Shown in pieces: positions 1 to 11,905 of a DNA stretch of 64,000 nucleotides; the stretch's first letter is position 1, and the number at the start of each line of letters is the position of its first letter. Under the pieces are notes generated by a model that saw only the letters and a program-made list of their open reading frames with translations, ran no database searches and was not told where the DNA came from. Source of the stretch: Gemmatimonadaceae bacterium (lineage in GTDB: Bacteria; Gemmatimonadota; Gemmatimonadetes; Gemmatimonadales; Gemmatimonadaceae); the NCBI GenBank assembly GCA_040901985.1, contig JBBDYC010000019.1:158403-222402 (forward strand). Direction: 5' to 3'. Both the position numbers and the translations under genes were made by a program.

Positions 1-283
1 ACACGTGGACCACGAAGTCCACGTAGTCGAGTAGCACCCATCGCCCCTGCTCGAATCCCTCGACCGACTCGACCCCAATCCCCTCGCGCTTGAGCGTCTC
101 CACCACGTGGCCGGCGGTGGCGCGCACGTGCGTATCGGAGGTCCCGCTCGCGACGATGAAGAAATCCGTCATGTCCGACACCGGCCGGAGGTCGAGGACG
201 ACGACATCGGTCGCCTTGTTGTCCACGAGGACGGCGGCGGCGCGTCGGGCAGCGGTCAGGCTGTCAGCAGGGTTGGCGACCAT
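1..283 (-). CDS. rsfS: Ribosome silencing factor RsfS (Iojap/YbeB), 3' end runs off the window
   Basis: Manual translation from ATG at 283: MVANPADSLTAARRAAAVLVDNKATDVVVLDLRPVSDMTDFFIVASGTSDTHVRA...EGFEQGRWVLLDYVDFVVHV; typical KA.DV..LD, D.F...SG.S..H and W.LLDY.D.VVHV motifs. Confidence 0.93.
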   Translation of the reverse strand, partial: MVANPADSLTAARRAAAVLVDNKATDVVVLDLRPVSDMTDFFIVASGTSDTHVRATAGHVVETLKREGIGVESVEGFEQGRWVLLDYVDFVVHV

Positions 284-404
284 CGCGTGGGCGGGAGACG
301 GAGGATAAGGGAGCGAACCCAGTGGGTCTTGAAAGGTTCCCGGGCGTCGAGGGCGGGGCAAGGGCGCGCACCCGTACTACCTCGGGAGGACGGCGGAACC
401 GCAC

Positions 405-445
405 GAATGTGAAGAGGGGCAGGCCGCGCACGCACGGCCTGCCCC
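405..445 (-). terminator. Probable intrinsic terminator after rplI
   Basis: 11-bp stem GGGGCAGGCCG/CGGCCTGCCCC (416-426/435-445) followed on the minus strand by TCTTCACATTC. Confidence 0.6.
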
Positions 446-483
446 CGCGATGCGCACGCGACGCCCGATCGCGACGCGCGCCC

Positions 484-930
484 TCACCCCTTGATGACCC
501 AGACCTTGATTTCCGGCCTGACGTCGGCGTGGAGGCGGATCGCCACCTTGTAGACGCCGAGCGCCTTGATCGGTTCGTGCAGGTCAATCATTCGCTTTTC
601 CACCTCGGCGAACCCCTGCGCCTCGAGCTGGTGGGCGATGTCGGCGGTCGTGACCGAGCCGAAGAGCTTGCCCTCCTCCCCGACCTTGGCCGAGAAGGTG
701 AGCGAGACCTCCTCGAGGCGCGCGGCAATCGTCGACGCGGCGTCACGCCGCGCGTTCTCGGCCGCCTCGAGCCGCCCCTTCTCCTGCGCAATGCGCTTCT
801 TGTTGCCCGCGGTCGCCTCGTAGGCGATCCCACGCGGCAACAGGAAGTTGCGGGCATAGCCGGCCGAGACATCCACGATGTCGCCGGGGTGCCCGAGATT
901 GTCCACCGCCTGCCGAAGGATGACTTCCAT
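484..930 (-). CDS. rplI: 50S ribosomal protein L9
   Basis: MEVIL...LG..GDIV.V..GYARNFLLP and GKLFGSVT motifs. Confidence 0.98.
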   Translation of the reverse strand: MEVILRQAVDNLGHPGDIVDVSAGYARNFLLPRGIAYEATAGNKKRIAQEKGRLEAAENARRDAASTIAARLEEVSLTFSAKVGEEGKLFGSVTTADIAHQLEAQGFAEVEKRMIDLHEPIKALGVYKVAIRLHADVRPEIKVWVIKG

Positions 931-933
931 GGG

Positions 934-1962
934 TTACTCCGAACGTTGGGATTTCGGCCGCGGTCGGCGGCGCCAGTCGAGCCACGTGTCGCCGAGTCCG
1001 ATCCCGACGGCCACCAGTCCGACGATCTGTGAGAACAGGACGACGACGATGGTGAGGAGCACCATCATCCATCGGCCCGGTGAAAGGTACCAGAGAATGA
1101 CGCCGAGGCCACGCAGCGCGTAGAGGACGCCGAAAAACACCAGCAGATTCACGCCAAGCGCCCGGACCACGCCGGGCACCGGCACGACCAACGCCAGCAG
1201 CCCGACGATGAAGCCCCAGACGAGCGCATCGTTGAACCGCAGGTCCCGCAACGACGCGAGCGGCGGACCGAGCCGCACGCGTCCGAACCGGTGGTAGATG
1301 GCCCAGGCGAAGGCCAGTACCGCCAACGATTCGACCGCCAGCATCGCCGGAGCGATCCGTCGCGCCGTGGCCGGCCAGAGCGCAAACTGCCGCTCCACCT
1401 CCTCGGCGAGCTTCCCGGCGTCCGGGTTCTCCCGCACCAGGTCCTGCCACTGCGGCCGGTTCACGAACTCCCGCCACGCCGCCTGCGCGATCTCCGACCG
1501 CCGGCTCACTTCCTCGGCGATGACCCCGCCGACCTCGGCGAACCCCGTCCCCGTGACGAGCAGGGCCAGCGCGCCGACGGCGAACGCGATCACCAACGCC
1601 AACAGGGCCCGCGGAAGGAACCGCTCCCCGATGCCGGCCAGGAGCACGCCGCCGAAACTCGCCGCCAGCAGGACGCCCCAGCCGCTCGAGAGCATGGCAT
1701 ACGTCCCCGAGCTTGCCGGGACCCACACCACCCAGAGCGCGAAGAGCGTCCAGAGCAGCGCCAGCGGAAGTCGCCCCCCGGCCCGCCAACCGACGATGGC
1801 GCAGACCGCGAGCGCCGGTGCCACGACCACGACGGTCTGCGCCACTGGCAGCATGATCCCCAACGGAGGCATCGCCGGGAGGATCAGCAGCAGGAGTCCG
1901 GCAGCGAGCGGTCCCCACCAGCCCTGCTCACGCGGTGGCGCCGCGTTCGCCTCCGTTGTCAC
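934..1962 (-). CDS. DUF2232/YybS-family membrane protein
   Basis: Multi-TM protein in the usual position between rpsR and rplI; C-terminal G..DTWLDWR motif. Confidence 0.8.
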   Translation of the reverse strand: MTTEANAAPPREQGWWGPLAAGLLLLILPAMPPLGIMLPVAQTVVVVAPALAVCAIVGWRAGGRLPLALLWTLFALWVVWVPASSGTYAMLSSGWGVLLAASFGGVLLAGIGERFLPRALLALVIAFAVGALALLVTGTGFAEVGGVIAEEVSRRSEIAQAAWREFVNRPQWQDLVRENPDAGKLAEEVERQFALWPATARRIAPAMLAVESLAVLAFAWAIYHRFGRVRLGPPLASLRDLRFNDALVWGFIVGLLALVVPVPGVVRALGVNLLVFFGVLYALRGLGVILWYLSPGRWMMVLLTIVVVLFSQIVGLVAVGIGLGDTWLDWRRRPRPKSQRSE

Positions 1963-1974
1963 GACGGTGCGGCG

Positions 1975-2199
1975 TTACTGCGCCGTCTGACTGCGCCCGT
2001 ACGGCAGGAGGGCCAGGTAGCGCGCCTTCTTGATGGCCTTCGCCAGCTGCCGCTGGTGACGTGAGTCCACGCCGCTGAGCCGGCTCGGGAGGATCTTCCC
2101 GGTGTCGGTGACGAAGCGCGAGAGGAAGCGCTCGTCCTTGTAGTCGATGTAGCGGATCCCGGCCTCGGTGACCGGGCAGGTCTTCTTGGGTCGGCGCAT
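1975..2199 (-). CDS. rpsR: 30S ribosomal protein S18
   Basis: IDYKD...L.RF....GKILP.R.SG....HQR.L..AIK.AR.LALLPY. Confidence 0.98.
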   Translation of the reverse strand: MRRPKKTCPVTEAGIRYIDYKDERFLSRFVTDTGKILPSRLSGVDSRHQRQLAKAIKKARYLALLPYGRSQTAQ

Positions 2200-2201
2200 G
2201 G

Positions 2202-2567
2202 CTATTCCTCGTCGTCGTCGTCGTCGCCGTCACGCGCGCGGCGCGCGGCGAGTTGCTCTTCGGTCATCGGCGGCGCGCCGAGCTCGTGCTCGTGCACCGA
2301 GATGAGATAGCGGATCACGTGCTCGTCGAGCCTGAGCGAGCGCTCGAACTCCGGCAGCGCCTTGCCCTCGGCCTGGAAGCGCGCGACCACGTAGTAGCCG
2401 GCCTCTTTGTTGCCGATCTTGTAGGCGAGTTGGCGGCGTCCCCAATGGTCGAGCGTGATGGGGTCCTTGGTGCCGAGAAGGGCGTGATGCTTGTCGAGCC
2501 TCTCGGCGATGGCGGCGTCTTCGAGCGACGAATCGAAGATGTACACCGCCTCGTATTCACGAGACAA
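2202..2567 (-). CDS. rpsF: 30S ribosomal protein S6 (TTG start)
   Basis: [21 protein letters not shown] motifs; acidic tail; AAAGGGAGG SD upstream. Confidence 0.97.
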   Translation of the reverse strand: MSREYEAVYIFDSSLEDAAIAERLDKHHALLGTKDPITLDHWGRRQLAYKIGNKEAGYYVVARFQAEGKALPEFERSLRLDEHVIRYLISVHEHELGAPPMTEEQLAARRARDGDDDDDEE

Positions 2568-2574
2568 TGCGGCA

Positions 2575-2627
2575 ATCCTCCCTTTGGTCGTGAACGCCCC
2601 CCGCGGGTTGCCGACGCAGGAGGAGAG
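2575..2627 (-). promoter_or_regulatory. Candidate S6:S18 autoregulatory leader
   Basis: Minus strand CTCTCCTCCTGCG-TCGGCAACC-CGCGGGGGG...GACCAAAGGGAGG: inner hairpin plus a CTCTC that can pair with the SD, directly upstream of rpsF. Confidence 0.45.
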
Positions 2628-2715
2628 TGCGCGTGGGCCGACGGGAGTCGGACACTTTGAACGCGCGGTGGTGACAACCCCTAAACGTAGGCGGGTCGGC
2701 GACTTGGGTCAACCC

Positions 2716-3570
2716 TCACGGTTGGAGTCCAAGGCGGCGGGCGGTCTGCTCGGCGGCGATGTAGCCAAAGCTCGCCGCCGGCCCGAGCGCGAGTACCTCG
2801 CGCAGCTTCAGTTCCGCGGCGGCGCCGTGCCCGCGCGCCAGGTACCAGTGCGCCACGCCGTTCCCCACCGTCTGTCGCTCGAGAGCCGTGGCGTCGTCGG
2901 CGAGGAGTGCCGAGTCGGGAACCGTTCCCTTCATCCACAGCAGCAGGCGGTGGTACGAATGGTTCTCGAGGATGTCCCAGTCGGCCTGAATCGGTGCGAG
3001 GGCCGCGTACACCGCGTCCCACTGGTGCAGCTGGGCGAGGGAGAGCACCCACCAATAGGTCGCGGCGACCCGATGGTCGAGGTTGGGCGCGAGCTTGGCG
3101 TCCTCGTCCCACGCCACCACCGCCTGCGGGAAGTCGCCGGTGACGAAGTAGGCGAGCGCGAGGTGGTAGCGGATGTTGGAATGGAGCGTGCTCGTCGGGA
3201 TCCCGCGCGCGTTGGGCTGGCCGTCGGGCTCGACCTCGTCTGGGCGGCCGGTCACCAGCGCGCGCGCGCGGGTCAGGTCGGCGATCGCCGCCGGAAAGTC
3301 CCGGAGCGAGAGGTAGCGGTGGCCGCGATGGCGAAGGAGGCGCGGCTCGTTCGGGTGGAGCCGCAGCCCCTCGGTGTAGATCGCGACCGCGTCGTCGAAC
3401 GCCCCGGTGTAGCCGACGCGCCGTCCGTACCAGATGATCGAATCGACGTTCTCGGGGTGCCGCTCCCAGGCCGCGCGCGCAGTGGCGAGGGCGTCGGGGG
3501 GCTGGGCCGGCACTGCACCGGGCACGGTCAGCGCCAGGAGCACCACGGATGCGACGAGGGCACGGGTCAC
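2716..3570 (-). CDS. Exported TPR-repeat protein
   Basis: GTG start after GGAGG; signal-peptide-like N-terminus; TPR-like helices (AVAIYTEGLRLHP, AAIADLTRA, YHLALAYF). Confidence 0.75.
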   Translation of the reverse strand: MTRALVASVVLLALTVPGAVPAQPPDALATARAAWERHPENVDSIIWYGRRVGYTGAFDDAVAIYTEGLRLHPNEPRLLRHRGHRYLSLRDFPAAIADLTRARALVTGRPDEVEPDGQPNARGIPTSTLHSNIRYHLALAYFVTGDFPQAVVAWDEDAKLAPNLDHRVAATYWWVLSLAQLHQWDAVYAALAPIQADWDILENHSYHRLLLWMKGTVPDSALLADDATALERQTVGNGVAHWYLARGHGAAAELKLREVLALGPAASFGYIAAEQTARRLGLQP

Positions 3571-3587
3571 GCGAATCCCTCCGAATG

Positions 3588-3613
3588 AAGTCTCATTGCT
3601 CCCATCTCCCTGC

Positions 3614-3615
<2 letters not shown>
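3588..3615. repeat. Degenerate 7-nt-period tract at the ychF stop
   Basis: Minus strand GAGCAGG GAGATGG GAGCAAT GAGACTT. Confidence 0.45.
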
Positions 3616-4714
<1,099 letters not shown>

Positions 4715-4721
4715 CAGTTCT

Positions 4722-4761
4722 TCAGGTGTCAGGTATCAGGTATCAGGTGTCAGGTATCAGG
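4722..4761 (+). repeat. Tandem heptamer array (TCAGGTR)n, left arm
   Basis: TCAGGTG TCAGGTA TCAGGTA TCAGGTG TCAGGTA TCAGG. Confidence 0.97.
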
Positions 4762-4830
4762 AACAACGAAAGGTAGTGGGGGGTGGTGCAACGATGACGG
4801 TGCGGTGACGGCGTAGGCTGAGCTTGTGGC

Positions 4831-5283
4831 GTGTACCCGTTCCGTCGCCTCGCCGTCTGGGAGAAGGCGCATGCCCTGACGCTCCGGTGCTTCCAAGTCA
4901 CCGAATCGGTCACTGGGAGGCGCTTTCCTGGCCTTGTCGCTCAGTTCCGACGTGCGGTGGCGAGCATTCCCGCGAACATCGCGGAAGGGGCCGGACATTC
5001 GACCGATCCGCAATTCAATCGCTTTCTCGAGATCGCGATCGCGTCGTCGCTGGAAGCTGACTATCACCTCCTGCTCGCGCGCGACCTCGGGGTCATCTCA
5101 GGCAAGGACTATGCGCAACTCGAGGCCCGCCTCTCCGAGGTACGTCAGATGCTGACAGGACTGCGGAAACGCGTGCTGGAGCGAATGCGACTAGCAGGCA
5201 CGAGACGCGAAGGTGAACGACCAACGCGTGCAAGACGCACGGAAGCAGTAGGAGCGGAAAGAGCGGAGCGGAGCGAGATGTGA
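4831..5283 (+). CDS. Four-helix-bundle protein (23S rRNA IVP / TIGR02436-type, Avd-like fold)
   Basis: F.RL.VWEKAH.L...Q.RRA..SIPANIAEG......F.RFL.IA..S..E..Y.L.LARDLG.I....Y..L......V..ML.GL signature. Confidence 0.92.
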   Translation: MYPFRRLAVWEKAHALTLRCFQVTESVTGRRFPGLVAQFRRAVASIPANIAEGAGHSTDPQFNRFLEIAIASSLEADYHLLLARDLGVISGKDYAQLEARLSEVRQMLTGLRKRVLERMRLAGTRREGERPTRARRTEAVGAERAERSEM

Positions 5284-5291
5284 AAGGTGAA

Positions 5292-5320
5292 AGGGGGGAG
5301 GCCGTACCGGCCTCCCCCCT
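5292..5320. terminator. Perfect 13-bp GC hairpin inside the right end of the cassette
   Basis: AGGGGGGAGGCCG-TAC-CGGCCTCCCCCCT; followed by TTCACCTTTCAC on the minus strand. Confidence 0.6.
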
Positions 5321-5349
5321 GACACCTGACACCTGACACCTGACACCTG
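5318..5349 (+). repeat. Tandem heptamer array (CCTGACA)n, right arm, inverted relative to the left arm
   Basis: CCTGACA x4 + CCTG; reverse complement is (TGTCAGG)n. Confidence 0.97.
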
Positions 5350-5363
5350 CAGTTGTAGGAGTA

Positions 5364-7424
<2,061 letters not shown>

Positions 7425-7458
7425 AAAGTGGTGGAGTGAAGGTGGGTGAGGTGCTGCG

Positions 7459-8037
7459 TCAGCGATTGAAGGTGTTCATCACGCGCTCGATCCCCTCGGC
7501 CGTCCAAAGCCGCAAGGCGCCTTCCAAGGTTGGCAGGAGCGCACGGACGGTCTCGCGCTCCCCCTTCCCGAACTCGTCCAGCACATAGTCGGCGAGGTCG
7601 CCGACGCCCCGCTCGCGCTGCGGCCCGGTCGGGCCGACCCCGATCCGGAGCCGCGCGTACTCCTGGGTGTCAAGCGCCTGCTCGATGCTCTTGAGGCCAT
7701 TGTGCCCGCCCGCCGACCCGCGGGCGCGAAACCGGTAGGTGCCGGTTTCCAACTGCACCTCGTCCGCGACGACGATGAGGTCCGTCGAGGCCGCCCAAAA
7801 CGGGCGGCGGAGCCAAGGCCTCAGCACCGCGCCCGAAAGATTCATGTACGTCAACGGCTTGACCACCCGCATCTTGATCCGGTCGACCGTGCCCGAGGCC
7901 GTCATCGCCTCGCCATCCTTGCGCCACGGATCGAGCCGCCACGCCTCGGCGAGGTGGTCGGCCAACCACCAGCCCACGTTGTGGCGGGTATCGGCGTACT
8001 CCCGCCCGGGGTTGCCCAGACCGAGGATGACCTTCAT
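7459..8037 (-). CDS. pth: Peptidyl-tRNA hydrolase
   Basis: [34 protein letters not shown]. Confidence 0.97.
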   Translation of the reverse strand: MKVILGLGNPGREYADTRHNVGWWLADHLAEAWRLDPWRKDGEAMTASGTVDRIKMRVVKPLTYMNLSGAVLRPWLRRPFWAASTDLIVVADEVQLETGTYRFRARGSAGGHNGLKSIEQALDTQEYARLRIGVGPTGPQRERGVGDLADYVLDEFGKGERETVRALLPTLEGALRLWTAEGIERVMNTFNR

Positions 8038-8073
8038 CGCCGGTTCGACCGCGCCGCGGGCAGGAGGTCCGGC

Positions 8074-8730
8074 TCAGCTCGCTTCAGCCTCGTCCTCGTC
8101 CTTCGCCTTGCGGATCAGCTCAGGCTCGGCCGGCACCGCCTCTTCCGCCTCGGCAACGACCGGCTCCGCCTCGACCTTCGGCGCGGCGCAGACACAGACC
8201 GTCAACTCCGGATCGCTCAGGAGCTCCACGCCCTCGGGGAGCGGCACATCGCTGACGTGGAGCGAATGGCCGATCGTCAGCGCCGTGACGTCCACCACGA
8301 TGTAGTGGGGGATGTTGGACGGATCCACCCGGATCTCGAAGTCGTGCATGATCTGGTCGAGGATGCCGCCGCCGGTCCGGACGCCCTCGGCGGTGCCGCT
8401 GAACTGCAGCGGGACCTTCACCGTGACCTTCTCGCCGGCCACGAGCTCCTGGAAGTCCACGTGGAGGATCTGCTTCTTGAACGGGTGGCGCTGGATCTCG
8501 CGGATGAGCGTGCGCGCTGTGGCGCCGTCAACAGTCAGCTCGATCACCGTACTCTGGTACGGATTCTTCTCGAGTAGGAGCTGCAGCTCGTGGGCGTTGA
8601 GCGCCAGCGACTGCGGCGCCCGGAGGTGCCCGTAGATCACGGCCGGGACCTGGCCGGCGGCGCGCAGCTTGCGAGCGACGCCCTTGCCGGTGGCCGAGCG
8701 GGTGGATGCGTTGAGATTTGCGGAAGCCAT
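8074..8730 (-). CDS. rplY: 50S ribosomal protein L25 / Ctc (long form)
   Basis: GKG..RKLR..G.VPAVIYG, Q.HP.K..ILHVDF, plus the C-terminal Ctc domain. Confidence 0.97.
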   Translation of the reverse strand: MASANLNASTRSATGKGVARKLRAAGQVPAVIYGHLRAPQSLALNAHELQLLLEKNPYQSTVIELTVDGATARTLIREIQRHPFKKQILHVDFQELVAGEKVTVKVPLQFSGTAEGVRTGGGILDQIMHDFEIRVDPSNIPHYIVVDVTALTIGHSLHVSDVPLPEGVELLSDPELTVCVCAAPKVEAEPVVAEAEEAVPAEPELIRKAKDEDEAEAS

Positions 8731-8803
8731 GTTCGTATTCTCGTGCTGATGGGATCAAGCGCCGTGCGGGTTCCCGGTAGGTCCGGCCCGGTGGGTCCAA
8801 CCT

Positions 8804-9757
8804 TCATTCAAAGAGCGACGACACACTCTGATCCGAGTGCGTAAACCGAATTGCCTTCGCCAGCAGCTCGCCGACGCTGAGGACCGTGAGCCGGTCGAAG
8901 CGGCGTGACTCGGGGATGGCGATCGAGTCCGTGACGGCGACCTCGGTGATCGGCGCCTTGCTGAGCCGCTCGACGGCGGGGCCGCTCAGCAGGGCGTGGG
9001 TCGCGCAGACGTAGACGTCGCGGGCCCCAAGGTCCTTGAGCGCGCGGGCCGCTTCGGAGACCGTGCCGGCGGTGTCAATCATGTCGTCGGCGAGGAGACA
9101 ATCGCGTCCCTCCACCTCACCGACCACGTTCACCACCTCGGCCACGTTCGCGGCCGGCCGACGCTTGTCAATGATCGCCAGCGACCCGTTGAGCCGCTTG
9201 GCGAACCCGCGCGCCATCTTGGCCGACCCGACGTCGGGCGCCACGACGACGACATCGTGCAGCTTCTTCTTGCGATAATGCGCGGTGAAGACCGGTGCCG
9301 CATAGAGATGGTCCACCGGGATGTCGAAGAACCCCTGCAGGGCGTGCTGGTGGAAGTCGAGGCCGAGCACCCGGTCGGCGCCGGCGCGCATCACCATGTT
9401 CGCCATCAGCTTCGCGCCGATCGCCACCCGCGGCTGGTCCTTGCGGTCCTGTCGCGCGTAGCCGTAGTAGGGCATCACGCAGGTGATGCGGGCCGCCGAG
9501 GCCCGCCGCGCGGCGTCAATCAGGAGCAGCAGCTCCAGGATGTTCTCGGCCGGCGGGTTGGTGGGCTGGATGATGAAGACGTCGGCGCCGCGCACATTCT
9601 CGTCGAGCCGGACGAAGACCTCGCCGTCGGAGAAGCGTGTCACGGTGGACTTGCTCAGCTCCGCGTCAAGCGACTTCGCGATCGCTTCGGCCAGCCCACG
9701 GTTCGCGTTGCCCGTGAGCAACCGATAACCGTGCAGAGGGACCGCGAGTCCGTCCAT
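8804..9757 (-). CDS. prs: Ribose-phosphate pyrophosphokinase
   Basis: [35 protein letters not shown] 9757 chosen over the extended ORF. Confidence 0.97.
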   Translation of the reverse strand: MDGLAVPLHGYRLLTGNANRGLAEAIAKSLDAELSKSTVTRFSDGEVFVRLDENVRGADVFIIQPTNPPAENILELLLLIDAARRASAARITCVMPYYGYARQDRKDQPRVAIGAKLMANMVMRAGADRVLGLDFHQHALQGFFDIPVDHLYAAPVFTAHYRKKKLHDVVVVAPDVGSAKMARGFAKRLNGSLAIIDKRRPAANVAEVVNVVGEVEGRDCLLADDMIDTAGTVSEAARALKDLGARDVYVCATHALLSGPAVERLSKAPITEVAVTDSIAIPESRRFDRLTVLSVGELLAKAIRFTHSDQSVSSLFE

Positions 9758-9902
9758 TGGGAAGTCGTGTAAGGGTAACGCGAGACTGGAGATAGCCCGG
9801 TCGGCCGGGAGCCGGGCCAAGGGCGTCGGGAGAGCCCCGAAAGATATTCCGAAATGCCGGGGAATGGCAGGGGGCACCCACACCACGGTATTCTGTCGGG
9901 AT

Positions 9903-10802
9903 ATGAAAGGGATCCTCCTCGCCGGGGGCTCGGGCACGCGGCTCTTCCCGATGACCCGGGTCGTGTCGAAGCAGCTCCTCCCGGTCTACGACAAGCCGCT
10001 CGTCTACTATCCGCTGAGCACGCTGATGCTCGCGGGGATTCGCGACATTCTCCTCATCAGCACCCCCGACGACCTGCCGCGCTTCGAGGCGTTGCTCGGC
10101 GACGGGAGCGCGTGGGGAATCACCCTGCGCTACGCCGCGCAGCCGGCGCCGGAGGGCCTCGCGCAGGCGTTCGTGATCGGCCGCGACTTCGTCGGGCGCG
10201 ACCCGGTGGCGCTCATCCTCGGCGACAATCTCTTCTTCGGCGCCGGACTGCCGAGCCAGCTTCGCGTGGCGCGCGCGCGCGCCGAAGGGGCGTCGGGGGC
10301 CGGTGGGGCGACTGGAGCCACGATCTTCGGATACCGGGTCGGGAATCCGGAGCGGTACGGCGTGGTCGAGGTGGACAAGGCAGGGGCGGTACGGTCGATC
10401 GAGGAGAAGCCCCGCACGCCGCGGTCGTCCCTGGCGGTCACTGGGCTCTACTTCTATGACAACCGGGTGCTCCAGATCGCCGCGGGGCTGGGGAAATCGG
10501 CTCGCGGCGAGTACGAGATCACCGACGTCAACAACGCGTACCTGGCCGACGGGACGTTGCGGCTTGAGGTGCTGGGCCGCGGCATGGCCTGGCTTGACAC
10601 GGGTACGGTCGGCGCCCTGCAGGAGGCGGCGCGGTTCGTCGAGGCGATCGAGACGCGCCAGGGGCTCAAGATCTCGTGTCCGGAGGAGATCGCCTACCGC
10701 CTAGGCTACATCGGGCGCGCGCAGCTGCTCGCGCTCGCGGCGCCTCTCGGCCCCAGCGAGTACGGGGCATACCTTCGTCGCGTGGCCGAGGAGGCGGAGT
10801 GA
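9903..10802 (+). CDS. rmlA: Glucose-1-phosphate thymidylyltransferase
   Basis: [17 protein letters not shown]...[29 protein letters not shown]. Confidence 0.97.
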   Translation: MKGILLAGGSGTRLFPMTRVVSKQLLPVYDKPLVYYPLSTLMLAGIRDILLISTPDDLPRFEALLGDGSAWGITLRYAAQPAPEGLAQAFVIGRDFVGRDPVALILGDNLFFGAGLPSQLRVARARAEGASGAGGATGATIFGYRVGNPERYGVVEVDKAGAVRSIEEKPRTPRSSLAVTGLYFYDNRVLQIAAGLGKSARGEYEITDVNNAYLADGTLRLEVLGRGMAWLDTGTVGALQEAARFVEAIETRQGLKISCPEEIAYRLGYIGRAQLLALAAPLGPSEYGAYLRRVAEEAE

Positions 10803-11905
10803 GCGCGCGCGGCGGGACGACGCGTCCGGTGCCGGAGGTGGTGCTGGTGACAGGGGGCGCCGGCTTCATCGGGGCGAATGCGGTGGGCTGGCTCCTCCGT
10901 CAACAGCCGACGGTGCGCGTGATCACGTACGATGCGATGACCTACGCGGCGCATCCCGAGACCCTGCCGATGGTCACCGCGGGCGCGGCGGACCGGCATC
11001 ACCTGGTCCGCGCCGACGTGCGGGACCGCGAGGCGCTCTCCGCGGTCCTCGGCGGCACGGCGCGCGACGGCGCGGGACGCGCGGTCCCGGTGCCGGACAC
11101 GGTCTGGCACCTCGCCGCCGAATCACACGTGGACCGCTCGATCCTCGGGCCCGATGCCTTCGTCGAGACGAACATCGTCGGCACCGAGCGGCTGCTCGAG
11201 GCGATGCGCCGTGCGCGGGGCGTCGGCCACCGGCCACTGCGCCTCGTGCACGTGAGCACCGATGAGGTCTACGGGTCGCTGGAGCCGCTCGACGCGCCGT
11301 TCACGGAAGCGCGGGCGCTGGCGCCGAGTTCGCCGTACGCGGCGAGCAAGGCGGCGGCGGACCTGCTGGTGCAGGCGTGGGCGCGCACGTACGGCCTCGA
11401 CGCCGTGATCACGCGCTGCTCGAACAACTACGGACCGTTCCAGTTCCCGGAGAAGCTCCTGCCGCTGATGGTCACGCGCGCGCTGGCCGGCGAACCGCTC
11501 CCGGTCTACGGCGATGGCCGGCAGGTGCGGGACTGGCTGCACGCCGAGGACCACGTCGCGGCGCTCTGGGCCGTCACCTGCCAGGGGGGAAGCGAGGGGC
11601 GCGTCTACAACATCGGCGGCAACGCCGAACGCGAGAACCTCGCGATCGTCCGGGCTGTGCTGCGCGCCCTGGGCAAGGACGAGTCGCTGATCGCCCACGT
11701 GCGCGACCGGCCGGCGCACGACCGGCGGTACGCGATGGACGCCAGCCGGCTGCGCGCCGAGACCGACTGGCGCCCGCGCATCGCGCTCGACGACGGGCTC
11801 GCCGCGACAGTCGAGTGGTACGTGACCCACGAGCCGTGGTGGCGCGCGGTGCAGCGGGAGTCGGCGGTGGCCGCCGAGGCGCTCTACCTCGGGACGAAGG
11901 CGTGA
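10799..11905 (+). CDS. rmlB: dTDP-glucose 4,6-dehydratase
   Basis: [50 protein letters not shown] overlaps the rmlA stop. Confidence 0.96.
   Translation: MSARGGTTRPVPEVVLVTGGAGFIGANAVGWLLRQQPTVRVITYDAMTYAAHPETLPMVTAGAADRHHLVRADVRDREALSAVLGGTARDGAGRAVPVPDTVWHLAAESHVDRSILGPDAFVETNIVGTERLLEAMRRARGVGHRPLRLVHVSTDEVYGSLEPLDAPFTEARALAPSSPYAASKAAADLLVQAWARTYGLDAVITRCSNNYGPFQFPEKLLPLMVTRALAGEPLPVYGDGRQVRDWLHAEDHVAALWAVTCQGGSEGRVYNIGGNAERENLAIVRAVLRALGKDESLIAHVRDRPAHDRRYAMDASRLRAETDWRPRIALDDGLAATVEWYVTHEPWWRAVQRESAVAAEALYLGTKA

Larger units (their letters stand above)
4715..5354 (+). mobile_element. Putative mobile cassette: four-helix-bundle gene with inverted heptamer arrays and a 5-bp flanking direct repeat
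   Basis: CAGTT at 4715-4719 and 5350-5354; (TCAGGTR)x5.7 at 4722-4761; (CCTGACA)x4.6 at 5318-5349; single ORF antisense to the host operon; no transposase. Confidence 0.65.

Noticed and set aside
4831..5283. Diversity-generating retroelement or 23S rRNA intervening sequence
   Set aside because: Avd-like fold only; no reverse transcriptase, TR/VR pair or rRNA gene seen in the window.
4722..5349. Heptamer arrays as CRISPR repeats
   Set aside because: 7-nt units with no spacers and no cas genes.
8731..8803. L25 leader (GGACCCACCGGG / GGACCTACCGGG imperfect repeat)
   Set aside because: Short GC-rich repeat with no convincing structure; could be chance.
9758..9902. att-site copy of the tRNA-Gln 3' end bounding the rml cassette
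   Set aside because: No direct repeat of the tRNA end was found by eye; the same holds for the sulfur islet.
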